From the NCBI GenBank assembly GCA_024679065.1, contig JAGIQG010000023.1:26536001-26600000 (forward strand): 64,000 nucleotides of DNA, read 5' to 3'. The notes below the pieces were generated by a model, which was not told the origin of the DNA, ran no database searches, and saw only the letters and a program-made list of their open reading frames with translations. The DNA is from Sphyrna mokarran (taxonomy: Eukaryota). The translations under genes were made by a program, and so were the position numbers. Below are positions 12,258 through 24,810 of the stretch, in pieces. Every line of letters starts with the position of its first letter. Positions within the stretch are counted from its first letter, which is position 1.

Positions 12258-12900
12258 AAAAACACAGAGAACAGTACAGCACAAGAACAGGCCCATCAGC
12301 TCACCGTGTTATGCCAAACATGATGCCAAATTAAACTAATTCCTTTTGCCTGCCCTTGATCCATATCCCTCCATTCCTTGTAAATTTACGTGTTCATAGA
12401 CTCTTACAGTGCAGAAGGAGATCATTCAGTTTATAAAATCTGCACCAATCTCAATCCCACCTAGGCACTCACTTTTCAGCACCATGCATTTACCCCAGCC
12501 AGTCCCCCTGACACTAAGAGACAATTTAGCATTGCTAATCAAGCTGATCTATACATCTTTGGACTGTGCGAGGAAATTGAAGAACCTGGAGAAAATCCTC
12601 GCAGACACAGGGAGAATGTCCAAACTCCATACAGACAGTGACCCAAGCCAAGAATTGAACCCAGTGCTAACCACTGTGTACTGTACTTACCTAAAAGCAT
12701 CTTAAATGCCCTGAACATATCTGCCTGCACCATTATCTCTGGCAGCGCATTCCAGAGACTTAAAACTCTCTATGCAAATAACATACCCCTCACATCACCT
12801 TTGAGCTTTCTCTCTCTCACCTTAACTGCATGACCCTAGTATTGGACATTTCAACTCTAGGGAAAGAATTCTGGCTGTCAATCCTATCTATATACCTCTT
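12258..12900 (-). mobile_element. CR1 3' fragment interrupted by HE1 SINE (12395-12682, minus strand)
   Basis: cacagaga acagtacagcacaagaacaggccc tail; ggcagcgcattccaga ORF2 remnant resumes after the SINE. Confidence 0.75.
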
Positions 12901-15730
12901 CCCTGCACACTTCTCCTACTTTTACATTTGATGTCTGTCAGCAATCTCCTGGAAGTCCATAGTAAAGGTTATTCTGACAGTTAACATGGCAAACCATGAA
13001 AAAGTATGTTACACTACCCACCAAAACAAAATATATGATCTGTTTGACAAGCACCAACTACACCACAAACTATACCATACATAATTATGTAAGAGTCATA
13101 TTTTTTCGACAAAAGGTTAGGGGTCAACTCTTACATGGGTTATTTTACGGGTTCTTGACTAAAAAGTAACAGGGGAAGCCATGGCTGAAATGCAGAGAAG
13201 CATCTGATCACTGCTCTCATCATTTCGGTATGAGTCTGTGCACAGTTCTAAAACTGCAGAACTTAAATTTGCTCCCGGACTTGGTGCCGTAGCTTAATCA
13301 GTCATTTGTGTCCCAGATACCTAAACCTCTATTGTGAAGATTTCTTTTTACAGCCTGCTGATTTTGAATTGGACGTTGAGTTCCCCTAATGGGCAGGGTT
13401 TTTCTGAACAAGAGTTGGGACATGATCTTAGATTTTTTAATTTTTTTTATTCTTGTTCAAGTTATGTTCCTGCTTGCTTCACGTTATACGTTCGTTTTTT
13501 GAAAAAATGCCAGGTTCTTTGGCATTTCCTTCAAGAGCTGGTAGTTCAGCCACAGTAGAGCCAATATTGAATTCCAGGGCATTACGAAACCATGAAGGGG
13601 AACTTTGGAACGCCTGCTCTGAACTGTATTTTTGCAGTTTGATATAATATGAGGAAAGGTGAGAAAATCAGTGAATAGTTTGCTCGACTGTTTTATGATG
13701 ATTTTTAACAAAATAAACTGTCATTAAGACAGTAGAAAACAGTTAACTACATTAATGGTTATCCTCAAGATCTTTAAAAATACCCATTTCTAGACACCCT
13801 ATTTTCCTATCTTCAGAGCTAAACTCTCCAAACAATATCCCAAAAGTTTTAAAACTGTTAGCAAAATCCAGAACTACCTACCACTCTGAACACTTATAGC
13901 TTTTGGGGTTGCTTCTGAGTTGGAATAGAGGCATCTGGTTTCTCAAAATAGGGTCTTGTGAGACATCATTTGTTGGGAGTGAATGCCAGTTTTTTCTGGG
14001 TGGGCTGCAATCTCAAAGCAGCTCACTGCGTAGGGTGATTTTTGCCTCTGATCTGTGGGGCAGGATTTTACAGCTTTGCTTGTCCCGCATCGTAAAATCC
14101 CATTGTCCGCCCTTTGCCCGCTCTGATTGTTGTGGTGGGCGGAGCAATTAAATTTCAGCCACAATCTTTGTTTTTGATTTTTCCCTGATTTGAACTAACC
14201 TTCTCAGAAGTTACTCTTAATTACCTTTATCACATGAGCTCATCTTTTAGAATGTAAATGTGAAATCCCCCCCTTCCTACCCCCGATCTTCCATTGTTAC
14301 TAAACTTGACTTCAGTGGACACAACTTTCCAGATATGCTTCTCATCCTATCAGAACCCTAGTTCTATCAACTCTGAAAATTTTCCATGTTACTTGTTTCC
14401 TTTTAAACCTATAGCCACCAGACCACATTCCCAATTATTGGATTTTGTATTTTTTTTCCATTTTATCACCATGTCTTAAGGCTCTTGTGCCCAACATCTA
14501 TCTGCTGCAATGCACTGTATTCCCAGTTATTCTTTGTCTTTCTCAGTTTTATTGATACTAGCATGATCAGTTTGTCTTCTGAACTTTTCTGTCTTGTTTC
14601 ACTTAAGCTGCAGAGCTGCCATCCTACATATTTTTTCCACTTCCTTATGGTCAAGAAACCATGATTCATTGTGATCTCACTTTTTCCCCTTCTGCAACTA
14701 TCAAATTTTAACCAACTGAGCTCGCTGACATCATTCCCTTATTCTTTGCTATAAAAAAAACATCAGTGAGATTTTGTGCAATGGCATTATTTGATACACC
14801 ACCCAGATTTCTCAGTTGATAAAATATAGTTCAGTTGCAAAGGGGCCAGATTTTGCCGGAAAAAGCATCTTGTGATGTGCCCTTAGTTAAGCTTACAGAA
14901 ATGCCTGTTGAGGATTTATAAATGTTAAGCTCATAAAAGTTACTGGAAACATGAGCTCATTAAGGCACAGACTGGAAACCAGGCAGTTTAGAATCTTGGT
15001 GAATAACTGGGAATTCAGTGCGTCACCTCACAAATGAGAATAAAAGATTGAGAAATAAACAGAGGAAGGAGGAGGGTGAATTAGAATGAGCAAATTCAAT
15101 ATCCAGTAAGCTATAAGAAAAATAAGCAGAGGGAATGGAAGATTGGGTCAAGAGGAAGAAATAAAGTGGCAGAAATGAAAATAAGAATGGCAAAAACTTT
15201 AAGATTGAACATTTTTCAAATCTCCTAAAACAATTCATAACCTTAAGGAATGAGAGTTCACACGTATAATTGCTTACTTTCTGGGTCAGTGATCACTGTC
15301 ATCAACTTGGTAAATAGAATACTTACTCTTTTAATTACTAGATTTAGCTTACTGCACCATGTTTAATGAGCAGCTAATATGTGAATGTAGCAACATCTTG
15401 AAATCATGAGGTGCTTCAACATTGGATATCATTTTTGAAAAGTTAATGGTGGGAGTATCATCAACCAGCCAGCAACTCATGGCGATTCACAGTTCATGGG
15501 GTACTTCTAGCTTGCTACAAAAAACTGTCCACTTTGAACATTAATTATGATGTGTGTCATTCAGGTGGGGGTGTCATTTTTTCAGAAAATAAACTGGTAC
15601 AAGATGTTCCATGTCTTTTTTAACTTGATAAAAGAACAGTGTTGGCAGGAGGGATCAGGAGAGAACCTCTGTCCTATCCAAATAAATTTGGAACTTTTCT
15701 TGAATGTGAATGTTTTGTTCTCCCTTGCAG

Positions 15731-15877
15731 GGTGATGTGGTAAGGTTGTTCCATGCAGAACAGGAGAAGTTTCTGACGTGCGATGAATATAAATCAAAGC
15801 TGCATGTATTTCTGCGCACGACACTCCGCCAATCTGCGACCTCAGCAACAAGCTCAAATGCACTTTGGGAAGTTGAG
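15731..15877 (+). CDS. ITPR3: ITPR3 exon (approx. 8; IP3-binding core beta-trefoil)
   Basis: ccttgcag / gtaatt; 147 nt = [49 protein letters not shown]; retains IP3-contacting R/K/R-T-x-x-R residues. Confidence 0.97.
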
Positions 15878-15959
15878 GTAATTTTGACTGTATATTCCAC
15901 AAAGTCAAATGTGCATTATTTTAGCTGCAGTAATTGTTTGCGATAAAAATGTGTGTCTA

Positions 15960-16292
15960 GGGAGGCATGGTAGCACAGTGGGTAGCACTGTTGCTTCACA
16001 GCTCCAGGGACCTGGGTTCGATTCCAGGCTTGGGGCATTGTCTGTGTGGAGTTTTGCGTGGGTTTCCTCCGGGTGCTCCGGTTTTCTCCCACAGTCCAAA
16101 GATATGCAGGTTACGTTGATTGGCCATACTAAAAATTGCCCCTTAATGTCCTGAAATGTGTAGGTTAGAGGGATTAATGTGTAAAATATGTAGGGATTTG
16201 AGGGTAGGGCTTGGGTGCGATTGTGGTCAATGTGGACTTCTTGGGTTGAATAGCCTCTTTCTGTACTGTAGGGTTTCTATGATTTCTATGAA
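15960..16292 (+). mobile_element. HE1-type V-SINE
   Basis: gggaggcatggtagcacagtgg...gggttcgattcc...gggtttcctccgggtgctccggtttt. Confidence 0.88.
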
Positions 16293-17274
16293 TTGCATTT
16301 GGAATACTTCAGAAGTAAAATTCCATAAATATCTTCACCCAGGTTTAATTCTGCCTGGCAAATCTAGGTGAAATATTGCACTTACCAATACAAATACCGT
16401 GGAATCATTTTGGCCCTGAACCATCTCTGGTTTATTATTAGCTGCAATTTCAATGATGTTGGTTCAGAATGAGTGAAAGGGAGGATTTACCTCCAGCCAT
16501 TCCACCCCTTCATGGACTTTTTTGAGTGTAGATGTATTTGTGAACCATTGACTTTAAGTGAAGGAGAAAAATTTCTTCTGCACTTGCAACAACTCAACTC
16601 AGCTGTTTTGTAATAAGACACAAAATGCAGGAGTGTGGGCAATAAAGAACCCATCAGAAGCAGAAATAAAAGGACTTTTTCATTAAAAAAAGACACAAAG
16701 TGCTTATTCCGATGCCTCGTTATCAGTAAGTTCTGTTGGAGCTCACTGGGCGAGAATAGACCACATTCAAGAGACACCAGATTCTTCAGCATTCACACGT
16801 GAATTTTAGATCTTTACCCCTGCTAGATTGGAAAACTTCCCTACCGATCATTCTCTTCTGCCAGATGATGAGAGAGTGCGAGAGAAAAGGAGCTGTGACT
16901 CTCTTATCCATTTTCTGTCCTTACTGTATATACCATGCAAAATGTACTCCAGCAAAAGTGACTTTAGAGATATATGGGGTTGAAATTCATCTTGGATGGG
17001 GATTCCAATGGGCTATTGTTAGATTGACTGATGTACTACATATTTATCTCAATTGGCTGCATTGAACTTGAATCTAGGGAGCTATGTTTAACTGGTCTGT
17101 TTGACTCCACAGCCCAAGATGAATTTCTGGCCCATAGGAACTTCTGTTACACATCCTTGATCCAATAACTTGTCACTTGCTTCCCTACTGTAGAGTTCCT
17201 TTATGCAATCTATGTACTAATCTCTGATTCCCTTTCATTGATATTAAAGACCTATCTCTCTTTTCTCCTTTTAG

Positions 17275-17370
17275 GTTGTCCACCATGATCCCTGCAGAGG
17301 AGGTGCTGGCCATTGGAACAGCCTCTACAGGTTCAAACATTTAGCTACAGGCCATTACCTGGCTGCTGAG
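17275..17370 (+). CDS. ITPR3: ITPR3 exon (approx. 9)
   Basis: ttttag / gtttgc; 96 nt = [32 protein letters not shown] ([13 protein letters not shown] is type-3-like). Confidence 0.95.
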
Positions 17371-17436
17371 GTTTGCTTATCACTTTGTTTTAAGAAATAA
17401 TGCTATTTTGAGAGACAGATCACTAAACTGTAATCG

Positions 17437-17473
17437 ATCACTTCTCGGCCTTTTGGCTAAGATCAAGTGTAGT
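17437..17473 (+). pseudogene. U2 snRNA 5' fragment (nt 1-37)
   Basis: atcacttctcggccttttggctaagatcaagtgtagt = vertebrate U2 nt 1-37 with one mismatch; no Sm site or 3' half follows. Confidence 0.93.
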
Positions 17474-17727
17474 GTTGACATGCTGTGCTTGGTTGAAGTC
17501 ATTAGGTTACATTTTAGCTTTATTTGAATTTTTAAAAGTGGCATCTCAGTCTTTTGGCTAAGCTGCAAATGAGATCAAGCCTTGGAGGTGAGCTGTGCCT
17601 GCTCCAAATTAGCTTGGATCATGTCGATCAAGCCCTGTCTTGTCAGCTTGTATCGGGGAATGTCTCAACTTTTTGAGACTCTGAATTGGACTTGATTTGA
17701 TTGAATTGGAATAAAAACAACAAAAAA
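17437..17727 (+). mobile_element. candidate U2-headed retroposon (SINEU-like or U2-LINE chimera)
   Basis: U2 head, second degenerate U2 segment at 17541-17579, hairpins, aataaa plus A-rich tail at 17710-17727; no TSD found. Confidence 0.5.
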
Positions 17728-18727
17728 TACGAATCAAATCAATACTATCTGCGGACTGAGAATCCAAGAGCAATCTCTTGCAGATTTTGATTACTTATGC
17801 AGAAAAGAACTGTTTGGATTACCTATCAGATGGTTATATCTCCTGCTCGCTGGCATTATTGGGACTGAAAGTTGGCATGATTGCAATTCTAGTTGTTGAT
17901 CCAAGTGTAATAAAAAAATTAAGAACATCAGCAACATCTCGTAGATGTAAACACTTGGGCTGGAACTTTCCAGCCTCGCCCACCAGCTGGATCTTCCAGT
18001 TCTGCCAAAAATCAGTGCCCAGTACCTCCACAGTAGATCTCGCCATGGCAGGACTGGCAAATCCCAGGTGTAAAGGTGTTTTTGATGGGTATCCAGAATG
18101 ATAAAAGATGTCAATATTTCTGCGAAGTAAATTGTAAAATACGTATCTAGTGTGTTAACAGGTGGAAATCTCAACATAACTGAAGTTACTTTTAAGCTGG
18201 TAAAACCACAAGTTTCTATAAAGGAAGTGACATGATGCTTTTAAAATGACCTTTGTGGTTACGGCTAATGTTAAAAGCATTGCCCCTACTTCCAGTTAAG
18301 TGATGATTCTGTTCCATGATGCCCTGATACTTTTCATAGGAACAAGATCACTGAACAAAATAGTCATCCGGTACATGAAAAATCTTCAAGAAGATCATTA
18401 ATCTTCACTGATGTATAATCGGCAGGTCGCAAAATCCTCCAAGAAGGTGCAACTTATGTGATTGATCCTAGAGGTTCTGTACGTAGGTTGGGATGGCAGA
18501 TCTGTGGCAGAATGACATTTCTGGAAGAGTGCTATTGTAAGGCCTTATCAAGCCATGGGGTAGCATTAAGAAAAAAGAATCTCTTAAGCCATACAAAGGG
18601 CTCAAATTGGTCCATCAAATTGGTCTCTTTGAATTCATTACTTTTGATGGCTTAAACTGGTGAGCTTTTACAGTACCCACAGTAGAACCAAACCTATTCT
18701 GGGTTGATAGCAGAACTGCAGCAAATG

Positions 18728-19042
18728 GATCATAGAACCTCAGAATCCCTACAGTGCAAAAGGAAGCCATTCAGTCCATTAAGCCTGCAATGACAACAAT
18801 CCCACCCAGGCCCAATCCCCATAACCCCACTTAATCACCCTGCTAATACCCCTGACATTAAGGGACAAGTTAGCATGGCCAGTCAACCTAACCTGCACAT
18901 TTTTGGACTATGGGATGAAATTGGAGCACCTGGAGGAAACCCAAGCAGACATGGAGAGAACATACAAACTCCACAGAGATAGTCGCCAGAATTGAACCCA
19001 GCATTGTGAGGCAGCAGCACGAACCACTAAGCAACCATGCAT
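18728..19042 (-). mobile_element. HE1-type V-SINE
   Basis: gaatccctacagtgc tail and ggagcacctggaggaaaccca V-domain. Confidence 0.85.
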
Positions 19043-19840
19043 CCACAAAGAATTCCTATTAAAATCTAGGAACCAACTTGTATACATTCCTGTTCTTTGG
19101 GACAGGAGTGGGCATTTGATCACTAGATCAGTTACTATTCTCTGGATAACTTAAATGTAGTGGAATCCAAGCAATTCCATATTTCACCCCAAATTCTAAT
19201 CATTATCATATAGCTTTCCCTGAATTTCTAGGCATGGATTTCACCAGGTGCATTTTCCCATCAGTACACCTGAAATCCAATTGACACGAATCAAGAACCT
19301 GTAGACCTATTTAGCTGAGCTTTCATTTCATCATATCTCTTGTTAAAGGAGCAAAGCTTTTTCCTGGACATTCAAACATTCCTTTAATGCTTAGATCATT
19401 CTGCAATGATGATCGGATCTTTACCCTTGCAAATCGGGATTGCTGCATCTGCAAATCAGCGTGATGACGTTGGGTTGGTGCCTGACATCATTTTGCTGGT
19501 TTCCCACAATATGGTCAGAAGGAACATCATTAACAGCCAATTGTTAATGAGCCAATTATCACAAATATGCAGTCTATGCCAATGCCCTCTGAGGTGGTAC
19601 CTCAGGTCAAATGTTTGTCCACTTGAATCTCCAGTATGAAATGTGCCAGAGTCCCCTCACTCTGACATAATGGTACTGAAGAAAATGCTGTCCAATAGGT
19701 ATCTGTGCAGCATTTCCAAAGAGTTTGCACATTCCATAAAGCAGTGGTACATCCTTTGGGTCATGCCCTATACACATCAGAGTTCCTTTGCCACTCTGCT
19801 ACCCTATTGTGCCCAATCCCTTCCCATCTATAACCGTATT

Positions 19841-20160
19841 GGTGGTGTGATGGCATAGTGATTAGCACTGATTAGCCTCAAGGTGCTAGAGACTTGGATT
19901 CAATTTTTATGTGGAGTTTGCATGTTGTCCCCATGTCGATGTGAGTTTCCGCAAGTGCCCTGGTTTCTTCCCATGGTCCAAAGATGTGCATGATGGGTGA
20001 TTTGGCCATGTTAAGTTGCTCCTTGTTGTCCAAAGATGTATTGGTTAGTGAGATTAGTGGGGTAAATGTATGGCAAATACATGGAATTATGGAGGTAGTG
20101 GCCTGGAGAGTCAGTGCAGCCTCGATGGGCTAATGGCCTCTTATGCACTGTAGTGATTTT
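19841..20160 (+). mobile_element. HE1-type V-SINE (diverged)
   Basis: head tggcatagtgattagcac, gtggagtttgcatgtt, tail ctcgatgggctaatggcc. Confidence 0.8.
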
Positions 20161-21306
20161 ACAATAACTCCTGGGCTTATCTTAGTCCCGAATTATTATC
20201 GCAGGACTGTTTGCAATTCCAGCAGTGCCCCCTACGACTGAGTTCTGGTATTGGAGTTACCAGCCAATCTGATAGAGCAGTAAATCCTTTACGATGGGAT
20301 TTCTTCCCATTCAGGAGGAAAGTCTGTTTGTTTAGACAGCTGGCAATATATTATCATTACCAGGCAGCCTTTTTTAAAAACCAACATTTATTACGGGACA
20401 GCAATCGCTCCCCTCGCTATAAGATCCAGTCTATTATGTAGTCGCTATCCATTGTATTTCTCTGTACACTACCTGCTCAGTGTTTGAAGTCAAGTAGACA
20501 ATTTATTTTATGAATGACAATAAATAAAATTTGAAGATGGAGAATCCAAGCAGAAACATATCATCAAACGTAAGAGATATATCGATTATCTGACCAAAGA
20601 GAACCATTGAAGAAAATGCCAAGGGTGTGTTTCTTGGAATTTAGGAATTGAGAAAAAAGGCTTCTTACTTCTTACTTCCTGAAAACCACATGGTCGGGTG
20701 AATTTTGTTGAATACTGCTGTAAATGTTACTATATCAATCAAATTGTCTCCAACAGTAGTTTGAAAGAGAGAGAAAAATGGGTGGGATTCTCCATGCTCC
20801 CCGTGATGTGTTTTATGGAAGCGAAGGTGGCCTATCATTGGGTATGATTTTCCCGTCCTGCTGCTGTCAATGGGGTTTCCATTTGTTCACACCCTGTGAC
20901 ACCGGGGAAACTGAGATAGGGGAATTGCTGGAGCGGGACTGGAAGAACCAACCAGCAGGAACGCTGGGAAATCCTTACTATCATGTGAACCATTGGATTT
21001 TGAGATTTTTGTATCCGCAATAGTTGTCTTTATTAAGGAATTAAACAAATGGCAGAATGATTAAGGCAAGGCAGTATGGATTTAATTATCTGTAACCGGG
21101 AACCGCACCCAGCCTGTACAAAGTAAAAGGCAGGGAAATAATTCAACTGAAGCGAGTAGTTTGGAGAGGGAATAGCAGAATGAGGTGTGTGCTGGAATGC
21201 AATCTCTGTTACTGATTTGTACATCATTGTACTTAAAACCACAGCTGCTGAATTCAAATAAACTTGACTCATTTTAACTCATTTTAACTATTAAACTGTG
21301 GCCTAT

Positions 21307-21427
21307 GGGTGGGATTTTACAGCCTCACTTGGGCAAGACCGGAAATTCCCACCCCAAGTCAACGGAGATTTCATTGTCGGACTCTCGCCCGCACTGAGTC
21401 TGTGGGCAACACGGTAGAGTCCTGGCC
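21307..21427. mobile_element. short MITE-like element (GGGnnGRATTTT-type ends)
   Basis: flanked by tat/tat; related copies at 14057-14160, 27262-27383, 61864-61987. Confidence 0.5.
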
Positions 21428-22387
21428 TATGTGTCAAATGGACTCTGGGTTCAGAGACTGTTTCATCTTGTTACATGTATGAGTGAATATCTGCCTGTTG
21501 GACATTATTTCACTGTCAGTTGGTGAATTGTGTAATCTTATTAAATCCCTTTATGGGTGCAATTTTTAAAAATAGTTTTTCCATACGGTTCAAAGCATTC
21601 CTTTTTTCTTCATGTCATTGATCTTAATCTCATTAATCCACTTGTCTTACTGATGTGCAATTTTGTCAAGAAATATAAACCTTGAATTTCTATATTGCTT
21701 GTGATATGAATATTTGGTGTGATTGTGTTTCCTGGGTGATTAAGACAGTTTAATTGAAGTAACCTGAGTAAAAGTGATATTTGGAACCTGTAGTAAAACA
21801 TTTCTGAATAACCGTACCAATTAAAGGATTTAAAAAGGACGGTGGTGGAAAATATGAATGCTTTAAACATTGCTCTCATGGAATGATGGAAGTTGATTCA
21901 TGCTCACTGCTTCTGAAGCAGCGAGTTGTGAATCACAAAGCCTGCTCCAGTTACAAATGTCCCACATTATGGAAGGAAAACTTGGAACTCTGTGACTGAG
22001 CAACATTTGGATTAATGCAGTTGTTCACTTCCAAGAGGCACTGGCAGAAGACCATGCATGATGAAGGGGAGTATTGCAAAGGAAAGGTACGTGTGGAAAG
22101 AATTAAGAGAGAGAAAGTATTTTTGAGGGACGACTATAGAAATGCAAATGAGTTGAGGAGTTCACGGATGCCATGAACAAAATACTGCACATCGAGGTAT
22201 CAATTATTGAGCATGAGAGGAGAGTAAGGGTGACACAAAGCACAAGTAACCAAGAGCAGTTGAGGCTGGAAGGTGAAGAACCATTGGAAAGTGAGCTCTT
22301 GTCTATCTTCAATTGCAGAAACTCAGAGCCCATATCATTTAGAAGGAGGATATCTGTGAAGGATTAAATATGCTGCTTAAATTTTAA

Positions 22388-22720
22388 GTTGGCACAGTGG
22401 TTAGTGCTGCTGCCTCACAGCATCTAGGATTTGGGTCCAGTTCTAGCCTTGGGTGACCGTTTGTGTGGCGTTTGCCCATTCTCCCATGTTCTGCGTGTGT
22501 TTCCTCCAAATGGTCCGGTGTTTCCTCCCACAGTCCAAAGAGATGCAGGTTAGTTGAATTGACCATGCTAAATTGCTCCATAGTGTCCCAAGATGTGTAA
22601 GTTAGGGCAATTAGCGGAGTAAGTATGTGGGGTTGCAGGGATAGAACTTGGATAAAATGCTCTGTCAGAGAGTCAGTGCAGTTTGATGGGCTGAATGGCG
22701 TCCTTCTGCATTGTAGGGTT
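22388..22720 (+). mobile_element. HE1-type V-SINE
   Basis: tggcacagtggttagtgctgctgcctcacag head, V-domain, CR1-like tail. Confidence 0.85.
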
Positions 22721-23407
22721 TCAATTAATATTTCCAGGCACTTGAGATAGTAGGCTGGATTGTCTTACTTGTAGTTAATGAGGGTCTGACTTCCTTTGCA
22801 AAGGTGGATATGACACAGATTGAAGGTGTTATTGGTGCCCAGTTGCCCAAAGGACCATATTAATAACCTTCTCTGTTTTCACACCCTGCTAAAACTGAGG
22901 CAGCACTAAAATGGGAAATCAGGATTGAAAGACTACACAACTGCAGAACAGGAAGAATGAAATGAATAGATCCTTGTTAATTTAAAATTCAAATTAGATT
23001 TGTAGACAAATGCCATTGAGAATGTTACCACTGGCCACTGATCTTACTATCAGCAAATTACTTTATGCAGGTTAGGTTGTGCTATTCATCCATCATCCAA
23101 TTTCGCTCTTCCAGCATTCTCTTTCTCCAAACAGTAATTAGACAGGAAACTAGGAAAAGTAAACTATGGATGCAAGAACAATGTTTCAATGTGTGTTATG
23201 AATTTAATGGAAAATTAAGATTAATTAGCAGCAGCAATCTTCCAGCTCAGTTTATCCAGCTCTCTGTCCACTCAAACGTATGTTAACATATGGACAATAT
23301 CTTGAAAAGATGTTGCAAATAAACCACAGAACTCTGTTGATTCCACTGAATTGCTGTGGAAATGTGGAGTGTTCTCCATGGATAGATACGGACCTTGATT
23401 CTCCCAT

Positions 23408-24782
23408 CCAAAAAAGGAGGTGGACAAAAGGCTGGTAACTACAGACCGGTTAGCTTAACATCTGTAGTTGGGAAAATGCTGCAATCTATTGTTAGAGAAG
23501 AAATAGCAGGACACCTAGAAAAGAATGATTCAATCAAGCAGACACAGCATGGATTCTTGAAAAGAAAGTCATGTTTGATGAATTTACTGGATTTTTATGA
23601 AGATGTAACGAGTGCGGTGGACAGAGGGGAATCGGTGGATGTGATGTTTTTAGATTCCCAGAAGGCGTTCGATACAGTGCCTCACAAAAGGTTGCTGCAC
23701 AAGATTAAGATACACAGAGTTGGGGGTAAAGTGTTAGCATGGATTGAAGATTGGCTATCTAACAGAAAGCAGAGAGTTGGAATAAATAGGTGCTTTTCCA
23801 GTTGGCAGTTGGTGACTCGTGGCATCACCACAGGGATCGGTGTTGGGGCCTCAACTGTTTACCATATACCTAGACGACCTGGAGGAGGAGACCGAGTGCA
23901 GGGTAACGAAGTTTGCTGATGACACAAAGATATGTGGGAAAGCAAATTGCGTGGAGGACACTGAAAATCTGCAGAGAGATTTAGATAGGCTAAGTGAGTG
24001 GGCAAGGAACTGGCAGATGGAGTATAACATTGCCTTGTGTGACATTATCCGCTTTGAAAGGAATAGTAGTAAAATGGACTATAAATGGTGAAAAATTGCA
24101 ATATGCTCCTGCGCAGAAGGGTCGAGGGGTCCTTGTGCATGAATCACAAAAACTCAGTTTGTAGGTGATCAAGAAGGCAAATGGAATGTTGCCCTTTAAC
24201 GCGAGGGGGATAGAATATAAAAGCAGAGAGGTCTTGCTGCAGTTGTACAAGGAGAGGCTGAGTCATGTGCAATTTGAGAAAGGATATATTAGCTTTGGAG
24301 GGAGTGCAGAGAAGGTTCACCAGGTGATTCTGGAGATGAGGAGGTTGGCTTATGAGGAGACTGGGCCTGCACTCATTGGAGTTTGGAAGACTGAGGGGAG
24401 ATCTTATAGAGACATATAAGATAATGAAAGGGCTAGACAGGGTAGAAATAGAGAGATTATTTACATTTAGAATGGAAACAAGAACTAAAGGGCACAGCCT
24501 CAAAATAAGGGGAGTCAATTTAGAACAGAGTTGAGGAGGAACTTCTTCTCCCAGAAGGTAATGAACCTCTGGAATTCTCTGCCATTAAAACAGTGGAGCC
24601 TACCTTGTTAAATGTGTTTAAGTCACAGGTAGATAGATTTTGACCAATAAAGGAATTAAGACTTATGGGGAGCACGTGGGTAAGTGGAACTGAACCACTA
24701 TCAGATCAGTCATGATCTTATTGAATGGCAGAGCAGGCTGGAGGGGCTAGATGGCCTACTCCTATTTCTTATGTTCTTATGT
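23408..24782 (+). mobile_element. CR1 LINE, 5'-truncated, frameshifted RT
   Basis: NYRPVSLTSVVGK, QHGF, D.QKAFDTVPH, PQGSVLGP, KFADDTK motifs across ORFs 23395-24534; (ttcttatg) tail. Confidence 0.93.
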
Positions 24783-24810
24783 CCTTATTCTACTGCGCAA
24801 TTTTTTTAAT

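Noticed and set aside
17437-17473. Functional U2 snRNA gene
   Set aside because: Only 37 of about 190 nt; no Sm site or 3' stem-loops and no recognisable upstream snRNA promoter.
21880-22370. Purine-rich stretch that looks coding-like
   Set aside because: Stops in all frames and no identifiable family; may be a decayed TE but cannot be supported.
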